From a phage, in assembly GCA_012549035.1 (NCBI GenBank), contig GCA_012549035.1_4805.1: a stretch of 64,000 bases of DNA. One strand, 5' to 3'. Positions within the stretch are counted from its first letter, which is position 1, and every line of letters starts with the position of its first letter. Shown here one piece after another: positions 56,482 through 64,000 of this stretch. A model generated the notes under the pieces. It had not been told where the DNA came from. It ran no database searches and saw nothing but the letters and a program-made list of their open reading frames with translations. The translations under genes were made by a program, and so were the position numbers.

Positions 56482-56540
56482 TTTAACCTTTATCTTGAAA
56501 TCAGGTTGCCACGAAACTTGATACTATAGGAAAATATCAA

Positions 56541-57401
56541 ATGTCTAAGAAAGAAACTACCGAAGTTGCAGTGAAAAACACCCAGATGTCCGCTATGGCT
56601 GATTTTGTCGACATGACCGATTTTGGCGCTGGTTTTGAAGGTGCCGATGCCGATGCGTATGCCATTCCTTTTATCGTCGTACTGCAGAAGATGTCTCCTA
56701 TGGTCGACGAAGATGATCCAAAACACGTTCCTGGCGCAAAAGCTGGCATGCTTTACAACACCGTTACTGGTGAGTTGTATGACGGCAAGAAAGGCGTGCA
56801 GATCATCCCTTGCGCATTCAAACGCACCTTCATTCTTTGGGGCGGTCGCGAGTCCGACGATAAAGGCTTTAAAGGTGAATTCACCAAAGAGCACGTTGAT
56901 GCAGAAGTCGCGGCAGGCCGCGCTGTTGAGATCAACGGTAAGGTATTCGTGCCGGACGAAAACGGCAAGGTGCACGAGAAGAAATCTCCTTACTACGCAG
57001 ATACACGCAACCACTTCGTAATTCTGTTGAACGAAGAAACTGGTGAATTTGGTAGCGCAATGCTGTCTCTGACTTCTTCCATGATCAAGCCGTCTCGCAT
57101 GCTGATGACCGCTCTGCAGCAGAAGAAAGTTCAGACTCCGCAGGGTCTGAAAACGCCGCCGACCTTTATGAACATCGTTCGCATGGGTACTGCATCCCAG
57201 TCCAAAGACGGCAACACCTGGTCTGTTCTGAAGTTTGAGCTGGAAGGTCTGGTGCAGGACAAAGGCCTGTACGAAGTCGCCAAGGCATTCCACAACGACG
57301 TAGTTGGCGGTAACGTTAACATCGACCGCAGCAAGCAGGAAGAAGCAAGCGGTGCCGCTGGTCCTGTCAATGAAACTCCGACCGACGCAGAAGAGTTTTA
57401 A
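56541..57401 (+). CDS. ssDNA-binding protein-like
   Basis: 286 aa; acidic C-terminal tail ending in DAEEF (terminal Phe as in T7 gp2.5 and bacterial SSB); in replication module. Confidence 0.45.
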   Translation: MSKKETTEVAVKNTQMSAMADFVDMTDFGAGFEGADADAYAIPFIVVLQKMSPMVDEDDPKHVPGAKAGMLYNTVTGELYDGKKGVQIIPCAFKRTFILWGGRESDDKGFKGEFTKEHVDAEVAAGRAVEINGKVFVPDENGKVHEKKSPYYADTRNHFVILLNEETGEFGSAMLSLTSSMIKPSRMLMTALQQKKVQTPQGLKTPPTFMNIVRMGTASQSKDGNTWSVLKFELEGLVQDKGLYEVAKAFHNDVVGGNVNIDRSKQEEASGAAGPVNETPTDAEEF

Positions 57402-57458
57402 TCGACAATCAAATCAACAAGGCTGCCGATTGGCGGCCTTTTATTTATCTGGTGCATC

Positions 57459-57977
57459 ATGATAGAAAGAATTGTACCGCTCCTGAAGATTCTGGCCCTT
57501 GTTGGCGCGTTTGCCGCTGGATCATACGTTGAAGAACTGCAGCAAACCAACGCATCACTGGCCAAGGATAACCAATATCTGACATCGCTGAATGAGCGTA
57601 AGGACAAGATAAATGCACTCGAAGAGCAAATTGCATCTTTACAGGTTGAATCGGCATCGGCATATGAGAAAGGTCGCCAGGAAGCGCAACTGGTTGCTGA
57701 TGACACTATTGCTCGTTACAAGTCTGGGAATATCAAGCTGCGCGCGCAACTCAGCTGCTCCCGTGAGTTACTCAGGAGTGTGCCCGACTCTGCGACCACT
57801 GGACGCCTCTCTGTCCCAGAAGGAAACTGTGGACTATCAGAAGAGGATGTCAGATTTCTTGTTCAGTTCGCCGCAGAAACAAATCGATTAAAAGAGAAAG
57901 TTAATAGCTTGATTGATACTTATAATCAGGCTAAAATAAAAATCGATCAATTCAATGCATCAAAGGAAAATAAATGA
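57459..57977 (+). CDS. i-spanin (Rz-like)
   Basis: N-terminal transmembrane helix IVPLLKILALVGAFAAG then coiled-coil-prone domain; contains embedded +1 lipoprotein ORF. Confidence 0.5.
   Translation: MIERIVPLLKILALVGAFAAGSYVEELQQTNASLAKDNQYLTSLNERKDKINALEEQIASLQVESASAYEKGRQEAQLVADDTIARYKSGNIKLRAQLSCSRELLRSVPDSATTGRLSVPEGNCGLSEEDVRFLVQFAAETNRLKEKVNSLIDTYNQAKIKIDQFNASKENK
57700..57891 (+). CDS. o-spanin (Rz1-like) lipoprotein, embedded
   Basis: +1 frame ORF inside Rz-like gene; MTLLLVTSLGISSC lipobox-type signal, Pro-containing mature region. Confidence 0.45.
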   Translation: MTLLLVTSLGISSCARNSAAPVSYSGVCPTLRPLDASLSQKETVDYQKRMSDFLFSSPQKQID

Positions 57978-58597
57978 AACAGATTTATGCAAACATTCGC
58001 CAGTGGGCTTCTGACCGTAACATCATCCAAGGTTGCGACCTTAAGGACCAATACCCGAAGCTTATCAGCGAGTTCGGGGAGTTAACCGACCACGTTGATC
58101 AACTCCATGACCTTGTGTTCTTCGACCCTGAAATTGGATATACAGAGCAAGCCATCTGTGACTTGCAGGCAGCAATTAAGGACGACATCGGCGATTGCCT
58201 TGTTGTGTTGACCATCCTGGCAGCGCAAAACGGTACTGAAATCGAAAACATTAATGGCGGCGGTTGCGCTGATAAAGGTGCTCACCCTCATTCATTTATC
58301 CTTCGCCTGGCAAAGACCCTTGGACGACTTGGTGATGCAATCGCTAAGAATCAGACCATGGATATTGACGTGACCATCATGGCCGCAGCCGATTACCTTT
58401 CCGGCGTAGCTCATGATTATGGCCTTCGCTTATCCGACTGTGCGCAAGCGGCCTACGAAGACATTAAAGACCGAAAAGGTGTCATGTACAACGGCACATT
58501 CATCAAATCGACTGATCCAGCTTATGAGCACTCCTGCAAAATGGTAAAGAAGCTGGAACTTGAAGACCGTGTGATCAGAGAAGTTACAGGACAATAA
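57974..58597 (+). CDS. MazG-like nucleotide pyrophosphohydrolase
   Basis: ISEFGELTDH and DIGDCLVVL resemble MazG EExxE/D metal-binding helices. Confidence 0.5.
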   Translation: MKQIYANIRQWASDRNIIQGCDLKDQYPKLISEFGELTDHVDQLHDLVFFDPEIGYTEQAICDLQAAIKDDIGDCLVVLTILAAQNGTEIENINGGGCADKGAHPHSFILRLAKTLGRLGDAIAKNQTMDIDVTIMAAADYLSGVAHDYGLRLSDCAQAAYEDIKDRKGVMYNGTFIKSTDPAYEHSCKMVKKLELEDRVIREVTGQ

Positions 58598-58599
58598 TT

Positions 58600-59562
58600 A
58601 TGACAGCATTAAAACCAATGAAGGGTTGCCAACGTAAGCAAATAATCGAGCGCGGCGAGGACGTGCCGCTGCCTTGCGGACTGTCATTCAAGGTCGATGG
58701 CATACGTGCAATGGCGTATGACAACTTGCCAATGGGCACTTCCGGCATGCCGTTGCGCAACGTTCAAATCAAAAAAGAGTTCCTCTTCTTGGGTGAATTA
58801 ATTCACGGACTTGATGGAGAGCTAATCGACGGCAATCCGAATGACAAGAACGTCATGCAACAGGCCTATACTGCATGCATGAATACTGATGCAATCACTA
58901 ACTTTACATGGTGGGTGTTTGATGACTTCAGTGACCCTGATTTGCCTTTTGAAAAGCGTTATGCAAACTATCGAGCTAGAGTTGCTGAGGTCAATCAGCA
59001 TCTCATCAACCATGGTCGACGCCCATTCCTTCGCGCTCTCGAATATCGAAACATCGAAAATATGGAACAGTACGCGGCGATGCAAATCGAAGCAGACCAG
59101 CTTGGATATGAAGGCTTGTATGGCAAGTCTTGGACGGGCAAATACAAGCATGGCCGCGCAACGCCAAAGTCACGTGATGTATGGAAGGATAAGCCGTGGA
59201 CGGATGAAGAAGGATTGATCATAGACTTCGTTGAGATGATGGAGAACAACAACGAAGCATTCATTGACGAATTGGGTCGCACCAAGCGTTCAAAAGAGGC
59301 TGAAGGTTTAGTTGCGAAAGGATACCTTGGCTCATTTGTAGTCGTCAATCCAAAATATGTTGATGAGAAAGGTGAAATGATTCCTTTCCGCGTTTCAGCT
59401 GGTTCGATGCCTATGGCAGAGCGTAAAATGCTTTGGGAGAATCGCGAGAACTATCGCGATAAATATCTAACGTATAAATTCTTTAACTTTGGCATCGTTG
59501 ATGTGCCGCGCTCTGCTTTGTATAAATGCTTCCGTGATATTACCGATATGGAGTATTTTTAA
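58600..59562 (+). CDS. ATP-dependent DNA ligase
   Basis: Motif I LSFKVDGIR (KxDGxR adenylation lysine). Confidence 0.7.
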   Translation: MTALKPMKGCQRKQIIERGEDVPLPCGLSFKVDGIRAMAYDNLPMGTSGMPLRNVQIKKEFLFLGELIHGLDGELIDGNPNDKNVMQQAYTACMNTDAITNFTWWVFDDFSDPDLPFEKRYANYRARVAEVNQHLINHGRRPFLRALEYRNIENMEQYAAMQIEADQLGYEGLYGKSWTGKYKHGRATPKSRDVWKDKPWTDEEGLIIDFVEMMENNNEAFIDELGRTKRSKEAEGLVAKGYLGSFVVVNPKYVDEKGEMIPFRVSAGSMPMAERKMLWENRENYRDKYLTYKFFNFGIVDVPRSALYKCFRDITDMEYF

Positions 59563-59636
59563 GACACTAGATAAATAATTGGTGCGGATAATCTATCGCG
59601 TCGTTTTATAGAATTTAATATACAGTGTATACATAA

Positions 59637-59662
59637 AGCCGGAAATCTCCGGCTTTTCTTTT
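59637..59662 (+). terminator. intrinsic terminator
   Basis: AGCCGGA-aatc-TCCGGCT followed by TTTCTTTT. Confidence 0.6.
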
Positions 59663-59738
59663 ATTTACCTTTCGCCTTATTTACTTTCAAAACCTTCGGC
59701 CTATACTATTAATATTCGTAATCAAAAGGTGAATTATA

Positions 59739-60281
59739 ATGAAATCGAAAACTTTAAAGATTGTTTTGATCACCATCATGGCTATGCTGACAGTCTTGTT
59801 CTTCACCAAAAGTGCAGCGGCTGAAAGTATGTTTACGCCGCCAAATAGTAATGCCAAAGTGTTAACGAGATATTTTAACAACGGCCAATCGTTCGAATTT
59901 TGCTGGAACAAATATGATGTGATAAAGGAAAGGTTTGATAAGGAAAAGATGTGCGTAATGAATGATCGCGGTCGCCAAGTCGTTTCGTTTGTGTTCGGAA
60001 TGTCAATTGCAAAAGTTGATGCCGCTGAAATCGTTGTCAGGTATAATACATTGGACAGCGGCCTTGTCGACAAGACATACCCTGTTGCAGTAGACAGCAG
60101 GACAGGCGGCGCACTCATACTCACTCCAGAAGATAAATCAGATGTCGTTAACATGCTCATCAACAGCAAAGACGTAATCGTGTTTTATCATGTTGAAGGC
60201 GTATCAGACTACCAAATGGCCTACTATCCACTGCCCTTAAGAGATGCTTCAGGTAATGTTAAGACACAGGAAGTGCGTTGA
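59739..60281 (+). CDS. secreted protein (180 aa)
   Basis: Signal-peptide-like N-terminus IVLITIMAMLTVLFFTKSAAA. Confidence 0.55.
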   Translation: MKSKTLKIVLITIMAMLTVLFFTKSAAAESMFTPPNSNAKVLTRYFNNGQSFEFCWNKYDVIKERFDKEKMCVMNDRGRQVVSFVFGMSIAKVDAAEIVVRYNTLDSGLVDKTYPVAVDSRTGGALILTPEDKSDVVNMLINSKDVIVFYHVEGVSDYQMAYYPLPLRDASGNVKTQEVR

Positions 60282-60508
60282 CATGGGTGGTAGTTATGCA
60301 GAAAGATTTGGAAGAAAACAAAAGGCTGAAAAAGGCTTTGACGTCTCAAATCTTGTCCCTGTTGGTAAAGCTTATTGGGGAGTCAATCAGCAACAAGGTG
60401 GCACGGGCTGCGATTGTTGGCGTGATTGGCATGGCGGGGTATTACTTCGACTTGCCAGACATTGATACAAGTTCCGCGTCGCCTGTCCAGGTTGAAGCCG
60501 TAAAATAA
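60278..60508 (+). CDS. small membrane protein (76 aa)
   Basis: ATGA overlap with upstream gene; hydrophobic segment AAIVGVIGMAGYYF. Confidence 0.45.
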   Translation: MTWVVVMQKDLEENKRLKKALTSQILSLLVKLIGESISNKVARAAIVGVIGMAGYYFDLPDIDTSSASPVQVEAVK

Positions 60509-60533
60509 ACAAAGGCCCATATGGGCCTTTTTC

Positions 60534-61178
60534 TTACATGACTGCTAGTGCATCCTTGTAACGCTTCCGTCGCAAATCCCCATGGTTAGCCGTATTCGGC
60601 GCGACCCCGTTAATCCGCTTCACGGTCGAATCAAATGCACCCGCATCGGCAAGTGGAATGCAACCGCTGTTCTTGAAGAACCACGCCGCGCTGTCAGCGA
60701 TGTATTTCGGCTCAGTCAAAATGTCAGGGTTATTCAATGCGTCATACCCTGATTGCTTTGAATACTCTGCATAGTTAGCCTTTCCAGTCAGCTGAATGGC
60801 ACCACGGCCACGGTACTTCCAACCGTCGCCAGATGCTACCGAACCATTTCCCATTCGGTTTGCATATGTATTATTGGCGATTTCCATTGGTTTACGGGCA
60901 ATCGACAATGCCAAGGCGTTTGGTGCGCCACCGAAACGACCGCTGGCGCTGTAACGGCTAGGCCACGTATTAGCAAGACCTTGAGCGGAATAATTCAGGT
61001 TTTCCACAAAGGTCTTCAGGCTGCCTGTTTCCACTCCTACGTTTGCAAGCAGCGCCGCGATGGCATTCTTGCTTTTGATTCCGTAGTGCTCACAAGCCTG
61101 CTTGAAGGGGTCGACCCATTTTTCAGCAACATCCATGCTGCATCCGGTCCCTTTAGATATTACGTTTGCATTAATCAT
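60534..61178 (-). CDS. endolysin, glycoside hydrolase family 19-like
   Basis: Blocks VGVETGSL, YRGRGAIQLTGKANY and AAWFF resemble GH19 chitinase/lysozyme signatures. Confidence 0.65.
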   Translation of the reverse strand: MINANVISKGTGCSMDVAEKWVDPFKQACEHYGIKSKNAIAALLANVGVETGSLKTFVENLNYSAQGLANTWPSRYSASGRFGGAPNALALSIARKPMEIANNTYANRMGNGSVASGDGWKYRGRGAIQLTGKANYAEYSKQSGYDALNNPDILTEPKYIADSAAWFFKNSGCIPLADAGAFDSTVKRINGVAPNTANHGDLRRKRYKDALAVM

Positions 61179-61186
61179 AAATCACC

Positions 61187-62974
61187 TTATGCGCTTCTGT
61201 ACCAGCCGTTCAAGACGACATATCGCGGCAGAGTTGAAACAGCCGTTGGGACGGACTGCCCTGCATCGCCAGTGTTACCGACCACATCGTGAGTGTGAGC
61301 GGGGAGGGTATATCCATGGCTGTGATTGCCAGCGTAATTTATATTCAACCCATGAGTGTGTGACCCAGAAGATTGAATATTGTGAACGTGGTTGCCGTTA
61401 GTTGAGGTGTTGTATTTATAGTTGTCCCAGTCGCCGCCCTTTCGACTTCCGAAGTTGTTGTGCGTCCCATCATACACGCCATACCGCGCATCATTCGTAT
61501 TTGCTTCACCCCAGCTACTGTCATGGTGGTGGTTGCCTGCTGAATCCATTCCGTGCACGTGAGCACCGTTTTGACTGGTATCGCCTGTGTGGTTATGGTT
61601 GCCTGCGTCTCCAGTGGTATTGGACCATGGACCACTCTGTCGCGTAGTTATGTTCACGCTGTGATTGTGCAGAGGAAGCATGGCGGCGGTAAGAGTAACA
61701 GAGTCTGCACCTCCAGTGTCAAGACCGTTTCTTGCCGTGCCAGACGTCCTGATGACCATGTTATCAGGCAACCTGGTCCATACCTGACCGTAAGCGCCCA
61801 GTTTAGTATTTGGGTTAGTGCCATTAGTCAAGAATCGAGTCTCACCGACTTCGAATACATCACCCATAGTTATCAACTTCGCGGCCAAAGCATCGAGTTG
61901 GCGCTTTGTAACAAACTGTTGCGGCTCACTAGCATCGACACCGATTTGCGCCGCGCCGAATGCTTGAAGAAGACGCCAAACGGTGCCGTCATAAATAATA
62001 GTAAAAGGAAGAAGCCCGACGATGGACCCTGCTGGCAGCTCGCCGCCGTCGAATCCAAGGACTGCAACTTTGTTTGCACCAATGGTCACGGTAACAGGTC
62101 CGGTAGTCGTGACATCATTGACAATTGTCAGGCGACTACCTGCTGACGGCGGCCATGCATAACCTGCCGGAACGGTAAGGATTATATCTTGTGCACCTTT
62201 ACCTGATGCAAGATTCGGCGTGCCGATTTGCACGTCTTGAACAGTTGCATTTTGAATCCAAGCACTCCAAGCACCAGACGTATAAGAGCGGGTGAAAACA
62301 TATCCGTTCATTGACGTGTATTGTTGCAGGGCGAAAGTCTGCGCATCAACCTGCCAAGCGCAAACCTGGAGACGACCTGCAACCTTCGTCGCACCAACCG
62401 CGTTCGGGATGTTAGAGCAGAGAGCGGCAACGGTGTCAGATTGAATGACAATAGTTGTGGAAGTCGTGATATTATCAAAGTCCACAAAGTTTGAAATCAG
62501 TCCGCGAACAAAATACGGGTTTTGCGCATCGCCGCCAGCAGGCATAGGAATATATTTTCGCGCTTCGCTAGGCAGCGTCAATTCCTGCCAAGATTCCGTT
62601 TCGCCGTTAGCTGGGACTGCGCTGGTGTTGCCGTCAACCACGCTCTGGAAAATGCGCCATTCAGGCGCTGAAGGAGTTCCAGAGTTGCTTACTACGATGG
62701 CGTTTTTTGGGTATCCATCCGGCTTCAAGTCAGACGAGAAATACTGTTGAGCGCCGTGGTCCTGGATGAACATAAGGTTGTCGGTGATCAGATTCAACAA
62801 CCAGTTCATCGACTCACGTTCAACTGCTTTCGCGGCGACATTTCCGGCTTCCAGCGCAAGTGCATAGTCAGGGGTGTAGCCGCGCTGGAAGTTCACATAA
62901 CCGCTTGGACTTGCATCCGGCACCACGGATACATCACCGCTTTGCGCGAAAGGTCTGTTAATAAGTGTTGGCAT
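61187..62974 (-). CDS. tail fiber protein with collar-type motif and His-rich C-terminus
   Basis: TLTAAMLPLHNHSV collar-like motif; C-terminal HxH-rich repeats (NHNHTG, HVHG, HHHD, HTHG, HSHG); start taken at ATG 62974. Confidence 0.65.
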   Translation of the reverse strand: MPTLINRPFAQSGDVSVVPDASPSGYVNFQRGYTPDYALALEAGNVAAKAVERESMNWLLNLITDNLMFIQDHGAQQYFSSDLKPDGYPKNAIVVSNSGTPSAPEWRIFQSVVDGNTSAVPANGETESWQELTLPSEARKYIPMPAGGDAQNPYFVRGLISNFVDFDNITTSTTIVIQSDTVAALCSNIPNAVGATKVAGRLQVCAWQVDAQTFALQQYTSMNGYVFTRSYTSGAWSAWIQNATVQDVQIGTPNLASGKGAQDIILTVPAGYAWPPSAGSRLTIVNDVTTTGPVTVTIGANKVAVLGFDGGELPAGSIVGLLPFTIIYDGTVWRLLQAFGAAQIGVDASEPQQFVTKRQLDALAAKLITMGDVFEVGETRFLTNGTNPNTKLGAYGQVWTRLPDNMVIRTSGTARNGLDTGGADSVTLTAAMLPLHNHSVNITTRQSGPWSNTTGDAGNHNHTGDTSQNGAHVHGMDSAGNHHHDSSWGEANTNDARYGVYDGTHNNFGSRKGGDWDNYKYNTSTNGNHVHNIQSSGSHTHGLNINYAGNHSHGYTLPAHTHDVVGNTGDAGQSVPTAVSTLPRYVVLNGWYRSA

Positions 62975-62984
62975 TGCCGTTCCT

Positions 62985-63980
62985 CTACACGATGTATTTA
63001 ATTTTTGATAAAAGGGTTGATGCCCAATCACCAGTTAAGTCAGTTATGTTCATGCTTGAAACATAACCACCAGCAGCACTTCTCGGAAAGTTTACTGTTG
63101 CTACAACATCACCATTAGAAGCAATCAATTGAACTCCAGTGGCAAGTGATCCTGGGTTTTTGATGTATATAGAAGTCGCAGTTTTCTTTGCGAAATCTTC
63201 GCTTGTTGAAATTGCAAGCGCATTCATCGTACTACCAGACACAAGCATCAAGCTTAAAATATCAAGTTCAAGAGTCGTACCAACTTCGGTCGGCAAGTCT
63301 TTCCCTGATATCAAACCGATGCTGATGCCGCCTGTTGATCCATCCCAGGTAGCGCCTTCAACAATCTCAGCGGCAAGGTCAATTTCGATACGTTGCAAAT
63401 CACCTGCGCCTATGTTGTAGAATTTAGGGATATAGCCACCCATCCCATCCGGTACAGTTACAAAAAGTTTTTGACCGTTAACCGTGTTGTTTTTGACTAT
63501 TGCGATAAATGACAAAGGGCCAGTCAGGGTGCCAGTGTATTTAGTAGCAAGTACAGCGCGTGCATAACCGGATGCTGGCACAGTCCCTATTGTAGCGGAA
63601 AGCTTGAATGATGGGAACTGGTTGGGCACACCGCTGATTGGCGTCGCTGTTACAGTGTTTGTGCCATCCTCAATTATATTGCCAAAAGATGTACCGTCAT
63701 TTGGCTGTGTGTAGCGCCAATAGTTAGTGATTGCCGTGCGTGGTATTTCACGACCAAAGTCATCTCTTGATGCTTTTGAGATTGAATAGTCGTTGACAAG
63801 CGCGCCGTCGACGACCTGGTTTACACCTTTCAAAGATTCAAGCTGGCGTATCACACCGTTGAAGTTGTTCAGCGGCCACTCGTTAATGCCGCCAACTCTG
63901 ATGATACCGTCAGTGTTAATCCACGCAACACCTTCCGTTTCAAATCCTACGCGCGTGTCTGTTATGTCGCTGACAGTCAA
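62985..63980 (-). CDS. tail fiber / baseplate-associated protein
   Basis: 331-aa ORF upstream of fiber gene; true start may lie nearer the window edge. Confidence 0.5.
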   Translation of the reverse strand: MTVSDITDTRVGFETEGVAWINTDGIIRVGGINEWPLNNFNGVIRQLESLKGVNQVVDGALVNDYSISKASRDDFGREIPRTAITNYWRYTQPNDGTSFGNIIEDGTNTVTATPISGVPNQFPSFKLSATIGTVPASGYARAVLATKYTGTLTGPLSFIAIVKNNTVNGQKLFVTVPDGMGGYIPKFYNIGAGDLQRIEIDLAAEIVEGATWDGSTGGISIGLISGKDLPTEVGTTLELDILSLMLVSGSTMNALAISTSEDFAKKTATSIYIKNPGSLATGVQLIASNGDVVATVNFPRSAAGGYVSSMNITDLTGDWASTLLSKIKYIV

Positions 63981-64000
63981 ATCGATATCAGATAAGTCTG

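Noticed and set aside
56490-57293. 267-aa minus-strand ORF antisense to the SSB-like gene
   Set aside because: Fully contained within a plus-strand gene in a uniformly plus-strand module; no start context.

Overview
This window is a 64-kb segment of a tailed dsDNA phage of contractile-tail (myovirus) type, with enterobacteria-like codon usage. All calls rest on reading the ORF track and the sequence by eye; no database search or RNA folding was run, and regulatory coordinates are good to about +/-2 nt. Layout: (1) 0.2-21.0 kb, minus-strand virion module: tail/baseplate protein, tape measure with a lytic transglycosylase domain, tube paralogs, sheath, connector proteins, major capsid, scaffold-like protein, a repeat-containing fiber, head morphogenesis protein, portal and large terminase. 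(2) 21.0-26.7 kb, plus-strand cassette of small genes and a 783-aa tail fiber with a C-terminal intramolecular chaperone domain. (3) 26.8-30.9 kb, the most unusual region: a 600-bp non-coding gap, a CpG-rich island of small unknown genes driven by three near-identical promoter-leader cassettes, an array of the 11-mer ATAGTGCAAAT, and an iteron-rich intergenic region that shares a 29-bp identical segment with a second region at 14.0-14.4 kb. (4) 30.9-42.8 kb, minus-strand early-type operon of about 30 small genes, ending in an SF3 (VirE/D5-like) NTPase and a primase-like protein. (5) 42.9-60.5 kb, plus-strand replication and nucleotide-metabolism module: Dda-like helicase, flavoprotein, ThyX-like protein with an altered RHR motif, HAD phosphatase, SDR, DnaQ-like exonuclease, DnaE-type polymerase, VRR-NUC, SNF2 helicase, SSB-like protein, embedded Rz/Rz1 spanins, MazG-like protein and DNA ligase. 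(6) 60.5-64.0 kb, minus-strand GH19-type endolysin and tail-fiber genes. No tRNA, CRISPR array, integrase or transposase was recognised. The best candidates for something undescribed are the 26.8-30.9 kb island with its repeat arrays, the two iteron regions, the portal with a pyrophosphatase-like C-terminal domain, and the ThyX-like metabolic cluster.
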